17,782 nt of DNA from Candidatus Poribacteria bacterium (GCA_046582655.1 JAYGDX010000142.1:1-17782); one strand, 5' to 3'. Shown: positions 1-9,287, counted from the first letter of the stretch. Program-made: numbers and translations. Notes: generated from the sequence alone by a model not told the origin.

Positions 1-9
1 GTCGGTACA

Positions 10-555
10 TTATTGTCGGGATTGATATTCCTTGACTGCTTTCAGTGCTTCAGGTGTTCCTATTTGCCCTAATGCCATTGTCGCACTATCACGACCCCTT
101 GCATTATGATCATTCTGCAATGCTTGTATTAGAGTAGGGACTGCATCCTTTGCATCTTTTCCTATCTTTCCTAATGCATATGCCGCATAATAACGAACAC
201 TTACATCCTGATCCTGCAATACTTGTATCAGGTTAGGCACGGCATCTTTTGTACCCTCTCCTATAGAACCTAATGCCATTGCCGCAAGCATACGAACCCA
301 CTTATCCTGATCCTGCAATTGTTGTATCAGAAAAGGTATCGCATCTTCTGCTGCCTTGATTGCTTCTGGTGTTCCTATTAGCACTAATGCCCTTACGGCA
401 TTCATACGAACATTTACATTCTGATCCTGTAATTCTTTGATTAGTTTTTCGACCTTCTGTTCTTGGGTTTGACATCCACCCATCCAAATACCGAACAACC
501 CAACAAATAAAAACATTGCAGTTGTCAATCTCAAAACACCCTTTAGGTCATTCAT
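10..555 (-). CDS. HEAT-repeat (PBS lyase HEAT-like) lipoprotein
   Basis: Hydrophobic N-terminus ending WMGGC (lipobox-like), then repeated LIxxLQDQDxxVRxxAAxALGxIG units. GGAG upstream; ATG at 555 preferred (TTG at 561 is the alternative). DNA-level repeat ATCCTGATCCTGCAAT recurs about 99 bp apart. Confidence 0.9.
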   Translation of the reverse strand: MNDLKGVLRLTTAMFLFVGLFGIWMGGCQTQEQKVEKLIKELQDQNVNVRMNAVRALVLIGTPEAIKAAEDAIPFLIQQLQDQDKWVRMLAAMALGSIGEGTKDAVPNLIQVLQDQDVSVRYYAAYALGKIGKDAKDAVPTLIQALQNDHNARGRDSATMALGQIGTPEALKAVKEYQSRQ

Positions 556-621
556 AATCAACTCTCCAAATAGACAGTTCCATTATTCGACACATACTGG
601 CTTGGTAAATGTATCGGCATA

Positions 622-810
622 TTATTGTCGTGACTGATATTCCTCAACTGTTTTCAATGCGTCAGGTGTGCCTATCTTCTTTAATGCCCATTCCGCATTC
701 CAACGGACATCCCAATTCTGATCATTCTGCAATACTTGCATCAGAGCAGGAACGGCATCTTTTGCTGCCTCTAGTGCTTCTGGTGTACCTATCTGCACCA
801 ATGCCTTTGC
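622..810 (-). pseudogene. 3' half of a paralogous HEAT-repeat gene, no start codon
   Basis: Translates AKALVQIGTPEALEAAKDAVPALMQVLQNDQNWDVRWNAEWALKKIGTPDALKTVEEYQSRQ*, with the same EYQSRQ end as 10..555. Similarity stops at 811 and no in-frame start was found before the upstream stop. Confidence 0.85.
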
Positions 811-950
811 CGGGGTTGGACCGCCATAAAGATAAGATCTATATAGTGAGATTAAACTTAGTGGGTTTCTTTATCGTGGCTACGTATTAACTTTAACTTA
901 TCCTGGCTGCCACCAGTATGATATCGTCGTATTGCTCCTTGTCTTTGACC

Positions 951-1259
951 CTCACTCTGACGTAGAATAGGATTCTTTTCAAAGCGCTACCAAGATCCAG
1001 CGGGCATCTCTGCCATGGCACAGCCTAAATGATGTGTCGAAAGGTCACCTTTGCAAAAGCTAGTGTAAAAAAGATAATATTTGCCATCAGTGACTACTAT
1101 GTAAGGAGTAATATTATCCGAATTATCCCAGGCACCTGATAGACCGGGTGGCAATACTTCTCCTTTTAGTGTTCAATCAATATCATTTGGTGAAGTCGCA
1201 TAGTAAGTCGTTACATATTTGTGATTATCCACATTCCGCGAATACCAGACGTAATACAA
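951..1259 (-). pseudogene. Five-bladed beta-propeller glycoside hydrolase fragment (GH117/GH43-like)
   Basis: One frame reads LYYVWYSR...YYATSPNDID*TLKGEVLPPGLSGAWDNSDNITPYIVVTDGKYYLFYT...LGCAMAEMPAGSW*RFEKNPILRQSE, with in-frame TGA at 1173-1175 and TAG at 987-989. Absent from the ORF track. Confidence 0.75.
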
Positions 1260-1300
1260 GCTGTCGGTTTCAGCGTATTGTATTGCACCGATTATGAACT

Positions 1301-2017
1301 GTGAACCCAGAATTGGCTAATATTATTTTTCTTACTTTTCTAGTTGTGCCTGCGTCAACTTTGATTTTTCAGGTCATACGTGGGGAGACTAACCCAATCT
1401 CTCATCGAAAAAGTTACAGAAAAATCATCGATATTGCATTTTTTCCCTGCACCCTTATCGATTACATCCGTATCATCTTGGTGGCTTGGACGGTTGTTAT
1501 TGCCGCTTTAAGTCGCCAACCATCTCATTATCAGATTTGTTGCTTGCTCACACTTAACGTGATTCTCGACACGGTAGATGGTTTTCTTGCTCGTCGTTAC
1601 AACCATCAAAGTGGCTTTGGTATTGCCTTAGATCTGGTCGTTGATGTGTCGACTTCAACGGTAATCTGGTATTTATCAAGCATCAATCTCAGCTTTATTT
1701 TTGTGATGGTTGAATGGGGTGGCGCAATTGCTATTTTATACTCTTCTTTTTTTAGATCTAGTCCTCATTGGAAGACGTCGCTCAACAAATCAAGCAGTCG
1801 CTTGCCCAAACTCTACTTTTCCAACAATCAGAGAAATTGGCTGTCGACTTATGGCGGTATTGCACACTTTGTTTTCCCGATGGCTTATGTGATCCGCCAA
1901 CCACAATCATGGCTACTGACCATTACACTTCCTGGACTACTCCTGTTTGAGTTTGTGACGATTTATTTGGTCCTCGTTCTGATAAAACAGAAGAATTTAG
2001 AGCCGAAACCAAATTAA
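1301..2017 (+). CDS. CDP-alcohol phosphatidyltransferase family protein (phosphatidylinositol-synthase-like)
   Basis: Complete signature DxxDGxxAR(x)nGxxxDxxxD: LDTVDGFLARRYNHQSGFGIALDLVVD. Several hydrophobic helices; GTG start. Confidence 0.85.
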   Translation: MNPELANIIFLTFLVVPASTLIFQVIRGETNPISHRKSYRKIIDIAFFPCTLIDYIRIILVAWTVVIAALSRQPSHYQICCLLTLNVILDTVDGFLARRYNHQSGFGIALDLVVDVSTSTVIWYLSSINLSFIFVMVEWGGAIAILYSSFFRSSPHWKTSLNKSSSRLPKLYFSNNQRNWLSTYGGIAHFVFPMAYVIRQPQSWLLTITLPGLLLFEFVTIYLVLVLIKQKNLEPKPN

Positions 2018-2039
2018 AAAGATAAACAACAAATGATGG

Positions 2040-2062
2040 CTGATGCTTGTATCCAGCGTCAG
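2040..2062. terminator. Possible terminator hairpin between convergent genes
   Basis: CTGATGCT-N7-AGCGTCAG 8-bp stem (one G-U) between the stops at 2017 and 2068; no clear U tract. Confidence 0.25.
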
Positions 2063-2067
2063 TGTGT

Positions 2068-2325
2068 CTAGACTGGAATAAGATTCCTAAGAAGTTCTCC
2101 AATAGCGTAGGTAACCCCTAATGCAAGTCCTCCCACCACCAGCATCTCGAAACCGCTCTGAAACGGGTTTTGTAGCGTAATCCGCCCCTTGGCTGTGCCA
2201 AGCCCAAAAAGTGTCAGAGCAGAAAGTAAGATTGAAATTTCAAAAGAGGACGGCACATCTACAACCAGTTCGATTAAGTAGATGAGTAACGGAACCGATC
2301 CTGCAAGGTAGAATAGTATGATCAT
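2068..2325 (-). pseudogene. C-terminal fragment of a VIT1/CCC1 iron/manganese transporter
   Basis: GSVPLLIY...LTLFGLGTAKGRITLQNPFQSGFEMLVVGGLALGVTYAIGELL matches the last three helices of VIT1/CCC1 proteins; the N-terminal part is missing. Confidence 0.75.
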
Positions 2326-2665
2326 ACCAAGATGGTTCTATCTACGTGAATACGATCCTTTTATTCATGTTACTCGTGTCAAAGTAGATCGATATACCCA
2401 AAGACGATTAGCTAAATTAGAGCAAAAGCGCAAACGGGGAATGCGCCCTGGTCTCATTTCAACAATGAGTTTTAAGCACCGTTTAGAAATCCTCAAACAC
2501 ATCAACGCCAAAGTCGATGTCGAATTCATCTGCCGTGGGCGTTCTCACTCCTATGCAGATGTGACAAATAACGAAGCACTTGAAAGGTGGCTTAAGAAGA
2601 TTCCGGACAGCAAAATGTTCCAAGAATGGCTTACAGCGGAGGGGCCACAGCCATGCGTCCACTGA
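2318..2665 (+). CDS. Hypothetical protein, probably an orphan C-terminal fragment (possibly the soluble tail of an HTTM-like membrane protein)
   Basis: 115-aa ORF ending EGPQPCVH; head-to-head overlap with the VIT1 fragment and no RBS. The family resemblance is recalled, not searched. Confidence 0.4.
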   Translation: MIIPRWFYLREYDPFIHVTRVKVDRYTQRRLAKLEQKRKRGMRPGLISTMSFKHRLEILKHINAKVDVEFICRGRSHSYADVTNNEALERWLKKIPDSKMFQEWLTAEGPQPCVH

Positions 2666-2707
2666 TAGTTGAAAGTTGAAGATTGCTGGAATTTAATATT
2701 GAATACC

Positions 2708-3913
2708 TAGAATACTAACAACATAGTTCTCGATAATAGATTTTTCTACTATACTCCAAGGGTAACACATAAACCTTAGGAGGTCGAGATGCCAGCAAAG
2801 CGATATCGCGTATTGATAAACGACTTGAAACAATTAGTTAGCACGAGCACAAGCAAAGCCAGAAGAATCAACAGAGCCAGAATACTACTGCTTTCCGATG
2901 AGAGTCCACGTGGTCCGTCTAAGAAAGACAGAGAGATAATTAACATACTTGGTATAAGTGGCTACACGGGTGGCAGCGACACGCCAGAGATTTGTGGGAG
3001 AAGGCATAGCGGGAGTACTGAATGAGAAGGCACGCTCAGGTAGCCTCCATGCTCTCAGGGCGACAAGAAGCTAAGCTTGCAGTCATAGCTTGCTCAGAGC
3101 CACCAGAAAGGGATGCTCGTTGGAATATTCGCCTTTTAGAAGACAATCTGGTGAAACTGGATGTAGTGGATTCCATATCTGGTGAATCAGTCCGGAAGTA
3201 CCTAAAAAAGGGGATCTCAAACCATGGCTAAAGAAGCAATGGTGTATAGGCAAGATAACAGAAGGGTATCCGGCTCGAATAGGAGGATATACTGGATCTG
3301 TATGAAGAAGCTTATGACCCAAAGCGTCCGGTGATCTGTGTAGATGAGAGACCATGTTAGTTGATAGGTGATATTGTGACACCAATACCCATCAAACTAA
3401 GGAAACCAACGAAAGAGGATAATGAGTATGAGCAGGGACATGCAATGCGTTCATGGCTTGTAAATCCTTGGTAGGTTGGCTTTAACTGGAGATTCGTGAG
3501 CGTAGGACGAAGGTTGATTACGCTGAGTTCATGGATACAGTATCAGGTATGTATCTAGATACTGGTGTGTTTCGTGTTGTCCAAGATAGCCTGAACACTC
3601 ATACCTAATGGCTATTTCTATGAGAGTTCGATGCAGGGCATGCAAGATGTCTGAAGAATCAGTTTGAGTTCCACTATATACCCAAGAAAGGTAGTTGGCT
3701 TGACATGGCAGAGATTGACTTTCCTCTTTGGTGTGCCAATGCCTGGATCGTCGTATTGGTGAGGTGGAAACTCCAGAACGGGAAGCAAAGGCTCAGGAGG
3801 AGAAGTGCAACCAACAGAAGATCATGATATAGTGGCGCTTCACCACCAACAATGCTCGTGAGAAACTGGACCAGCATTATAAAGCTGTTAAGAATTAAGT
3901 TGTCAAGGATCTA
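2708..3913 (+). mobile_element. IS630-family insertion sequence, degenerate
   Basis: Imperfect terminal inverted repeats CTAGAATACTAACAACATAGTTCT vs reverse-complemented CTAGATCCTTGACAACTTAATTCT, with CTAG (TA target) at both ends; about 1.2 kb. Confidence 0.88.
2789..3898 (+). pseudogene. IS630 transposase pseudogene
   Basis: RARILLLSDE, ACSEPPERDARWNIRLL, an A-run at the LKK/LKPW junction, then DDE motifs PVICVDERPC, VVQDSLNTH and HYIPKKGSWLDMAEI spread across frames with stops. Confidence 0.9.
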
Positions 3914-4005
3914 GTAGGGATTATCCTCTGGATTACGATGTTTTAGCTGGTGTACCGCCTTAGTCCTTGTTTGAGCGTTGAAGAGTGCATCATAGAGGCA
4001 TCATC

Positions 4006-5898
4006 ATGAAGAAAATAGAGGCGCTGAAAGGTGGAATTACGCTCCGTGCATTGCTTTTGTCGGCTATCTTAATTCCGCTCAATTGTTACTGGCTGATTGA
4101 ACTGGAGGTGGTGCGCTACACAACCCCAACTTGGGTCGTACCACTTTCTAACGTCCTCTTTTTTATTCTTGTCCTCATTCTATTGAACATTGGGTTGAAA
4201 AACATTCATCCGAGAATGGCACTGAGGCAAAGTGAGTTGATGGGGCTCTATGTGATGCTTTCAATCGCCTCAACACTCTGTTCTCACGATATTATGGAAC
4301 GACTGATGGGCACGATCACGCATGGGCTTGGACTAGCGACTCCCGAAAATGACTGGAAGGCGCTGTTTGGCAAAGACCTGCCGATTTGGTTAACGGTGCA
4401 AGACGATCGCATTTTGGAGGGATACTACCAAGGTGATGCAACATTTTATCGTCGGAACATCCTTTTAGCTTGGTCATCCCCTGTCCTTTGGTGGACAGGA
4501 TTCATGATCGTTCTTTCTTTTGTAATGATCTCTGTGAGTGTGCTTGTACGGAAACAGTGGACAGAGCGAGAACGCCTAACTTATCCGATTATTCAACTTC
4601 CACTCGAAATGACAAGCGAGATGTCTCTCTTCTTTCAGAGTCGCGTGATGTGGTTGGGATTCGCGATTGCGGCGGGAATTAGCATCCTCAACGGCCTTCA
4701 CCACTTTTGGCCAATACTGCCTTCTCTACCCATCACAAGGCAGCATTACAGATTCTCGGACAGACCGTTGAGCTTATTTGGTACCATCATCATCGCCTTC
4801 TATCCGTTCGCCATCGGACTTGGTTTTTTGATGCCCATTGACCTGCTTTTCTCAACGATTATATTTTATGGTCTGTACCGGGGGCAAGCTGCTCTCGGAA
4901 AGATGATTGGCTGGCATCTCCTCCCAGACTTTCCTTATCGGAGTGAGCAGTCGTTTGGGGGCTTTGTAGGAATTATGATTTATCTGTTGTGGATAGGTAG
5001 CGGACATTTAAAGTATATTTTTAGTCGGGATTCTTCCAAAGGAGAGCCTTTATCCTATCGCTTCGTCATATTGGGAGCAGGAATTGGCTTGCTTTTGCTT
5101 GCATCATTCGTCATTCAGATCGGAATGGCGGTAAAGATAGCCGTCATTTTCTTTGCAATTTATCTGATGGTGGCCATCATCATCACCCGTATGCGTGCCG
5201 AAGCTGGAATCTTTGTACATAACTTTCACCACACATCGCCCATTATGTCATTGATTAATATTTTAGGAAGCCAACGTCTGGGCCAGGGAAATCTAATCAC
5301 TTTTGCTTTACTGAGACCCTTCAATCATGGATTTCGGGCACACCTGATGCCACATCAACTTGAATCTTACCAGATTGCTTTAAAGACACAAAGCCACTCT
5401 GTTGGAATGATCGGTGCAATCCTTTGGGCGACATTCCTTGGCGCTATCTCAACGTTTTGGATTCAATTACATCTTTACTACAAACATGGTGCGGCTTCCG
5501 GCTATTTTCACACTTGGCGCATCGGGAGTGGGACATTCCGATTGTTGGAAGGATGGCTCACTTATCCCGGTTTGACGAACTGGTCGGGAGTTGCGTTTAT
5601 GGGTGGTGGTTTGTTGCTGACGATCGGGATGATTTTAATGCGCCTCCGTTTTTTCTGGTGGCCTCTTCACCTCTTAGGATACGTCATGTCCACCAACGGA
5701 GAGATGTCCGATCTTTGGGCAGTGATTATTATCAGTTTCGTTTTGACATGGGCTATATTAAAGTATGGCGGACTGAAGGCACATCGAAAAGCTTTGCCTT
5801 TTTTCTTGGGCCTTATTCTGGGCGATTACACAATGGGCAGTTTATGGAACATTCTCAGCATCGCGTTGGATACGACGATTTATCAGTTTTATCCGTGA
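4006..5898 (+). CDS. Polytopic membrane protein, DUF6785/DUF6784-type (putative transporter)
   Basis: About 630 aa with many TM segments; motifs RKQWTERERLTYPIIQLP, ITRMRAEAG, WWPLHLLGY, LKYGG...PFFLGLILGD. GAGG before ATG 4006 (the track starts at GTG 3985). Confidence 0.8.
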   Translation: MKKIEALKGGITLRALLLSAILIPLNCYWLIELEVVRYTTPTWVVPLSNVLFFILVLILLNIGLKNIHPRMALRQSELMGLYVMLSIASTLCSHDIMERLMGTITHGLGLATPENDWKALFGKDLPIWLTVQDDRILEGYYQGDATFYRRNILLAWSSPVLWWTGFMIVLSFVMISVSVLVRKQWTERERLTYPIIQLPLEMTSEMSLFFQSRVMWLGFAIAAGISILNGLHHFWPILPSLPITRQHYRFSDRPLSLFGTIIIAFYPFAIGLGFLMPIDLLFSTIIFYGLYRGQAALGKMIGWHLLPDFPYRSEQSFGGFVGIMIYLLWIGSGHLKYIFSRDSSKGEPLSYRFVILGAGIGLLLLASFVIQIGMAVKIAVIFFAIYLMVAIIITRMRAEAGIFVHNFHHTSPIMSLINILGSQRLGQGNLITFALLRPFNHGFRAHLMPHQLESYQIALKTQSHSVGMIGAILWATFLGAISTFWIQLHLYYKHGAASGYFHTWRIGSGTFRLLEGWLTYPGLTNWSGVAFMGGGLLLTIGMILMRLRFFWWPLHLLGYVMSTNGEMSDLWAVIIISFVLTWAILKYGGLKAHRKALPFFLGLILGDYTMGSLWNILSIALDTTIYQFYP

Positions 5899-6048
5899 GG
5901 AGTACGAGTTCTTCATATGCTTGGCCCTTTGAAGTTGAGGCTCCTGGCCGTGGTAAAGCTTATGTCACCCAAAATATCCTTATCGTCTACCATCAATGGG
6001 AATTTAGGGATGACTTATTTATTAGACTTAATTGAAAATAAGATAGAT

Positions 6049-6073
6049 TTCTCAGATTTGACGGATCTGAGAA
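6049..6073. terminator. Inverted repeat, possible terminator or protein-binding palindrome
   Basis: TTCTCAGAT-N7-ATCTGAGAA perfect 9-bp stem about 150 bp downstream of the membrane gene. Confidence 0.35.
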
Positions 6074-6244
6074 TCTTATCAATAAAAAACTCCCCCCTTC
6101 ATCTTGAAAATATGAACATAGTTATACGATACTGGCACGAGGGGCAAACTGCCTACGGGGTAATTATATTATCTCACAAACTCTCTTTTTGCGTAAATCA
6201 CAAAGATGTTGCTGGGCTTGGCGGATACTCCTAGTGACGATTTT

Positions 6245-6272
6245 GTAAGAGCGAAATATTTTTCGCCTCTAC
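6245..6272 (-). repeat. GTAG-family REP-like palindrome
   Basis: Minus strand GTAGAGGCGAAAAATATTTCGCTCTTAC: GTAG tetranucleotide followed by a GCGAAA/TTTCGC palindrome, the layout of RAYT-associated REPs. Confidence 0.6.
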
Positions 6273-6413
6273 GAACGAATTAGGCTGACGTCGGCATATA
6301 GCCGAAATCAGTTTATTATACCAATCGTTTAATGATGCAACCTGGGTATCCCAACGATTTAGTCATGGTTCTGATAATCAGCAATTTTCAGAACATCAGA
6401 TGGAGATAAAATT

Positions 6414-7646
6414 ATGAACCAAGCAGTGGATCCACAACATTTAGACAAGCAATTACATAAATTATTTGGTGAAGATACGTATAGCGAAGGACCATTGGCT
6501 GCCAGTGGTGCTGGACGACGCTTCGTTGGCCTAGATATGTGTCGTCGATTGAATCCAAAACAGGTCACTTTTTTGCTGGATGCGTTGAGTCAATTTCGCA
6601 TTATCAGCATCGCTGGACAAGACCTGACGACCTTTTCACTGGCCCACTTCGAGCGATTTGCCAACCACTGGGGAGTACCCGTTCCACATCCTAATAATTT
6701 CCTACGTGGTGGGAAACCCGCTCAGGCTGATGGGGATAGTGATGGTCCGTTTGAGTTGATTTCGTTCGAGAAACGACGGATATCGGCGGTCAATTTGACC
6801 TTCCCTGACCAATTGCAGTGTCTATCCCACCAATCACCGACTGTGCTGGTTGTTTCCAACTTTAGCGGAAAGATTACTGGTGAACAAGACAGTAACAGAC
6901 CCGTTCAGGTCAGTCGTGGTGGTTCGTGGCATACAGATATCGAGTATGAACCGTTACCGATTTATGTCTCCATGTTCTTGGTTCATCAGTCACCTGTATC
7001 TCGGAACGCTCTGGGTGGAAACTGGGTAGGGGTGCCTGACTCGGCTAACCCGTACTTGGAAGGATCTAGCGACGAACTCATGCAGCGACGAATGCGTCTT
7101 CCCTTGAATGGCGAAACAGCCTTTGCCGACACTGCAGCCGCCTTTGCCGCTCTACCTCTTTCAGAACAGCCCGCATTGGAACAGATACAACTGCGAAGAC
7201 GATTGAATCAACCAGATGAAGGGTGGCTAGCTCCGTTGGTTCGCACCAACCCACGTTCTGGCATTAAGTCGTTCCATAGTCCGATCTGGGCTTCGCGACC
7301 CCGTGTGCGGCCACCCGTAGAAGTGGACGGCATGTCAGAGAGCGAGTCCCGTGCTTTTTTAGACCAACTTGAAGAACATGTCCTACAGGAGCAATTTCGT
7401 TATGATCACCTACACCAGCCGGGCGACATAACGTTGTGGGATAACTACATGACGTTGCACAACTCACCACCAACTAAAGTAAATATTGACTCGGTTGATG
7501 ATGCGCGGTTGCTGTACCGTTTGAGTTGCAAAGGGGAGCCAGCATTGTCGTTGCCTCGAAACGACACACCAGGATGGTTGGAGACCCATATTGTGGGTGG
7601 TTATGCCACACCCGCAGAGATCATCAATATTGACGGTGAGATGTAA
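6414..7646 (+). CDS. TauD/TfdA family Fe(II)/2-oxoglutarate dioxygenase
   Basis: WHTD (HxD), GETAFAD, PLVRTNPRSG, GDITLWDNYMTLH and distal R in RLLYR; GGAG RBS. Confidence 0.9.
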   Translation: MNQAVDPQHLDKQLHKLFGEDTYSEGPLAASGAGRRFVGLDMCRRLNPKQVTFLLDALSQFRIISIAGQDLTTFSLAHFERFANHWGVPVPHPNNFLRGGKPAQADGDSDGPFELISFEKRRISAVNLTFPDQLQCLSHQSPTVLVVSNFSGKITGEQDSNRPVQVSRGGSWHTDIEYEPLPIYVSMFLVHQSPVSRNALGGNWVGVPDSANPYLEGSSDELMQRRMRLPLNGETAFADTAAAFAALPLSEQPALEQIQLRRRLNQPDEGWLAPLVRTNPRSGIKSFHSPIWASRPRVRPPVEVDGMSESESRAFLDQLEEHVLQEQFRYDHLHQPGDITLWDNYMTLHNSPPTKVNIDSVDDARLLYRLSCKGEPALSLPRNDTPGWLETHIVGGYATPAEIINIDGEM

Positions 7647-7653
7647 TATGGTG

Positions 7654-7797
7654 TTACGCTGTCTTGGAAGCTGATCTTTTGCGCTGGAAAATTATCCGAC
7701 GCTTTGTATGTACCGCCGTGGCTAATGTATCGAACTTCTGGGCCACATCATTATCAACCCCAAATGTGATGGTACGGCTTTTCTTGTTTGGCAGCAA
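7654..7797 (-). pseudogene. Possible ribbon-helix-helix (CopG-like) small protein remnant
   Basis: GAGG then TTG; 47 aa MLPNKKSRTITFGVDNDVAQKFDTLATAVHTKR... with a strand-then-helix pattern; the tail looks frameshifted. Confidence 0.3.
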
Positions 7798-7975
7798 TTA
7801 AGACCTCTCAGTTGTGTGCCTGATCAGAATGAAATATACACCTTTTGCTATAACGATTATAATGGAATGATGAACAACACACCCAACACCAAGCAACTCC
7901 TGACATCGACGCGCAGTAATAGGCTTTTTGCCCAGCTGCTGTACCGCGACAGCCGCTTCTATTAACCACCCACAA

Positions 7976-8148
7976 TTAATCCAAGTCCTTCACACAATGA
8001 AATCCGACGTTGGTGTTCCAATCATCTGGATCGCGATCCTGCGGTAAAAGGCAAGACAGGCATTACGGTTACGATAGCCCCACGCAACACTTTGTGGTTT
8101 TTACGACCATCGTCATACTAATCCTAGCACCATTCTCCAAACGTCTCC
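7976..8148 (-). pseudogene. C-terminal remnant of a formylglycine-generating-enzyme (FGE-sulfatase/SUMF1) domain gene
   Basis: GDVW/EWC*D*YDDGRKNHKVLRG...DPDDWNTNVGFHCVKDLD*, matching GNVWEWCxDWY...VLRGG...GFRCV, with stops and frameshifts. Confidence 0.75.
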
Positions 8149-8291
8149 TTCTCTCTTACGAAGGAGTTCAGAATTACCGAAGTGCAGTGCCATTTTTTCT
8201 GGGATCAATTGTTGGTGACGTTGTTGTTGCTTCAATCATAAGCATTTTGGGGCTTATCTTTAACTTCAATGTTCGCTACTTGAGTTGGTAG
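8140..8291 (+). pseudogene. C-terminal remnant of a second DUF6785/DUF6784-type membrane gene
   Basis: KRLLLSYEGVQNYRSAVPFFLGSIVGD aligns with ILKYGGLKAHRKALPFFLGLILGD at the end of 4006..5898. Confidence 0.75.
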
Positions 8292-8378
8292 AATTCTGAT
8301 TTGTTGACAAATCAGAAAGTTGTTACGATTTAACCATATGACTAAAGTCAGACAAAATACTCATCTTTTCTGTGCAAT

Positions 8379-8972
8379 TTAATCCTTCATATTAAGAAAA
8401 ATCAGTGGTTTGGCTGAAGTATAAAGGAGACTGTCTATTACAATATTATCTTCATGTGGAAGGTCGAAAAAAAGATCGAGTCTCTTCATGAATCGGCTTA
8501 AATCGACACCCATAAAATTGTTACTCTCAATAGATATTTTTTGTAACTTTTTTCTGCCCGCTGTTGAAAGACTGCGCATCCCTCTGAATTGCTTAACATT
8601 CCACTTAATTAATGCTGCTGATATTTGAATTATTCCCTGCAGAAACAACTTTTGATTGCCAGCAGCATTCACCCAACCCTCTTCCCAAGCTTCGTGAGCT
8701 TCCCACCAATAGGCAAAGTTGAAAAGATCCACTCCATAAAGGTAATCGATGTTTTCAGACCAAGCTGAAGCATCATAAACAGGAGACACGATATCTTCAG
8801 AAGTCGCTCGGTAGCTATGTCCATCTGGATCTTTCACCGGGTGTGGTGTTAGCCTTGGCACGTATCGGTAAGGTGGGAAATCTCTGTTTGGACAATAACG
8901 TCTGATGTCTGGATTGAAGGGTACTGGTTGTGTTATGCTGTTTAAATTACCTTCATCGTGTGTGCTAGACAT
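8379..8972 (-). CDS. DUF309 domain protein
   Basis: YLYGVDLFNFAYWWEAHEAWEEGW and LFLQGIIQISAA motifs, FPPYRYVP..TPHP N-terminal extension; AGGAG RBS. Confidence 0.88.
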   Translation of the reverse strand: MSSTHDEGNLNSITQPVPFNPDIRRYCPNRDFPPYRYVPRLTPHPVKDPDGHSYRATSEDIVSPVYDASAWSENIDYLYGVDLFNFAYWWEAHEAWEEGWVNAAGNQKLFLQGIIQISAALIKWNVKQFRGMRSLSTAGRKKLQKISIESNNFMGVDLSRFMKRLDLFFDLPHEDNIVIDSLLYTSAKPLIFLNMKD

Positions 8973-9134
8973 AAGTATCTCCTGAATTGCCAGATCTCCT
9001 CACTATCAACTAAAGATCCAAGACAGAAAGCCGTTCCTTCAGTTGCCCCCAGCCGTTTTCCATCTAATGACGAGACAAACCGCCTCCAAATCCGATTTTC
9101 CCTGATCAGTTAAACCGAGCAATTGGATTGTCCT

Positions 9135-9287
9135 TTATCCTATATAACCCAATGCCTTTGCCCAGAATGACGAACATGTGAATCTTGATTCTGCAGTTGT
9201 TTGATTAGTTTCCACATCCACCCATCTACATACCAACCCAACAAATAAAACTAACACAACAACTAATCTCTGAACCATGATAGCCAT
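9135..9287 (-). pseudogene. 5' remnant of a HEAT-repeat lipoprotein paralog
   Basis: GGAGG RBS; MAIMVQRLVVVLVLFVGL, M*MGGC, KLIKQLQNQDSHVRH and AKALGYIG* in shifting frames. DNA similarity to 421-530 (ACATCCACCCATC, AACCCAACAAATAAAA). Confidence 0.75.

Noticed and set aside
609..890. Plus-strand 93-aa ORF
   Set aside because: Antisense shadow of the HEAT remnant.
1251..1286. Hairpin upstream of the CDP-transferase as an attC site or terminator
   Set aside because: Lacks RYYYAAC/GTTRRRY ends and overlaps glycosidase-derived coding sequence.
7885..7968. Minus-strand WLIEAAVAVQQLGKKPITARRCQELLGV resembling the C-terminal helix of BKACE/DUF849 enzymes
   Set aside because: Under 30 residues; the resemblance could be chance.
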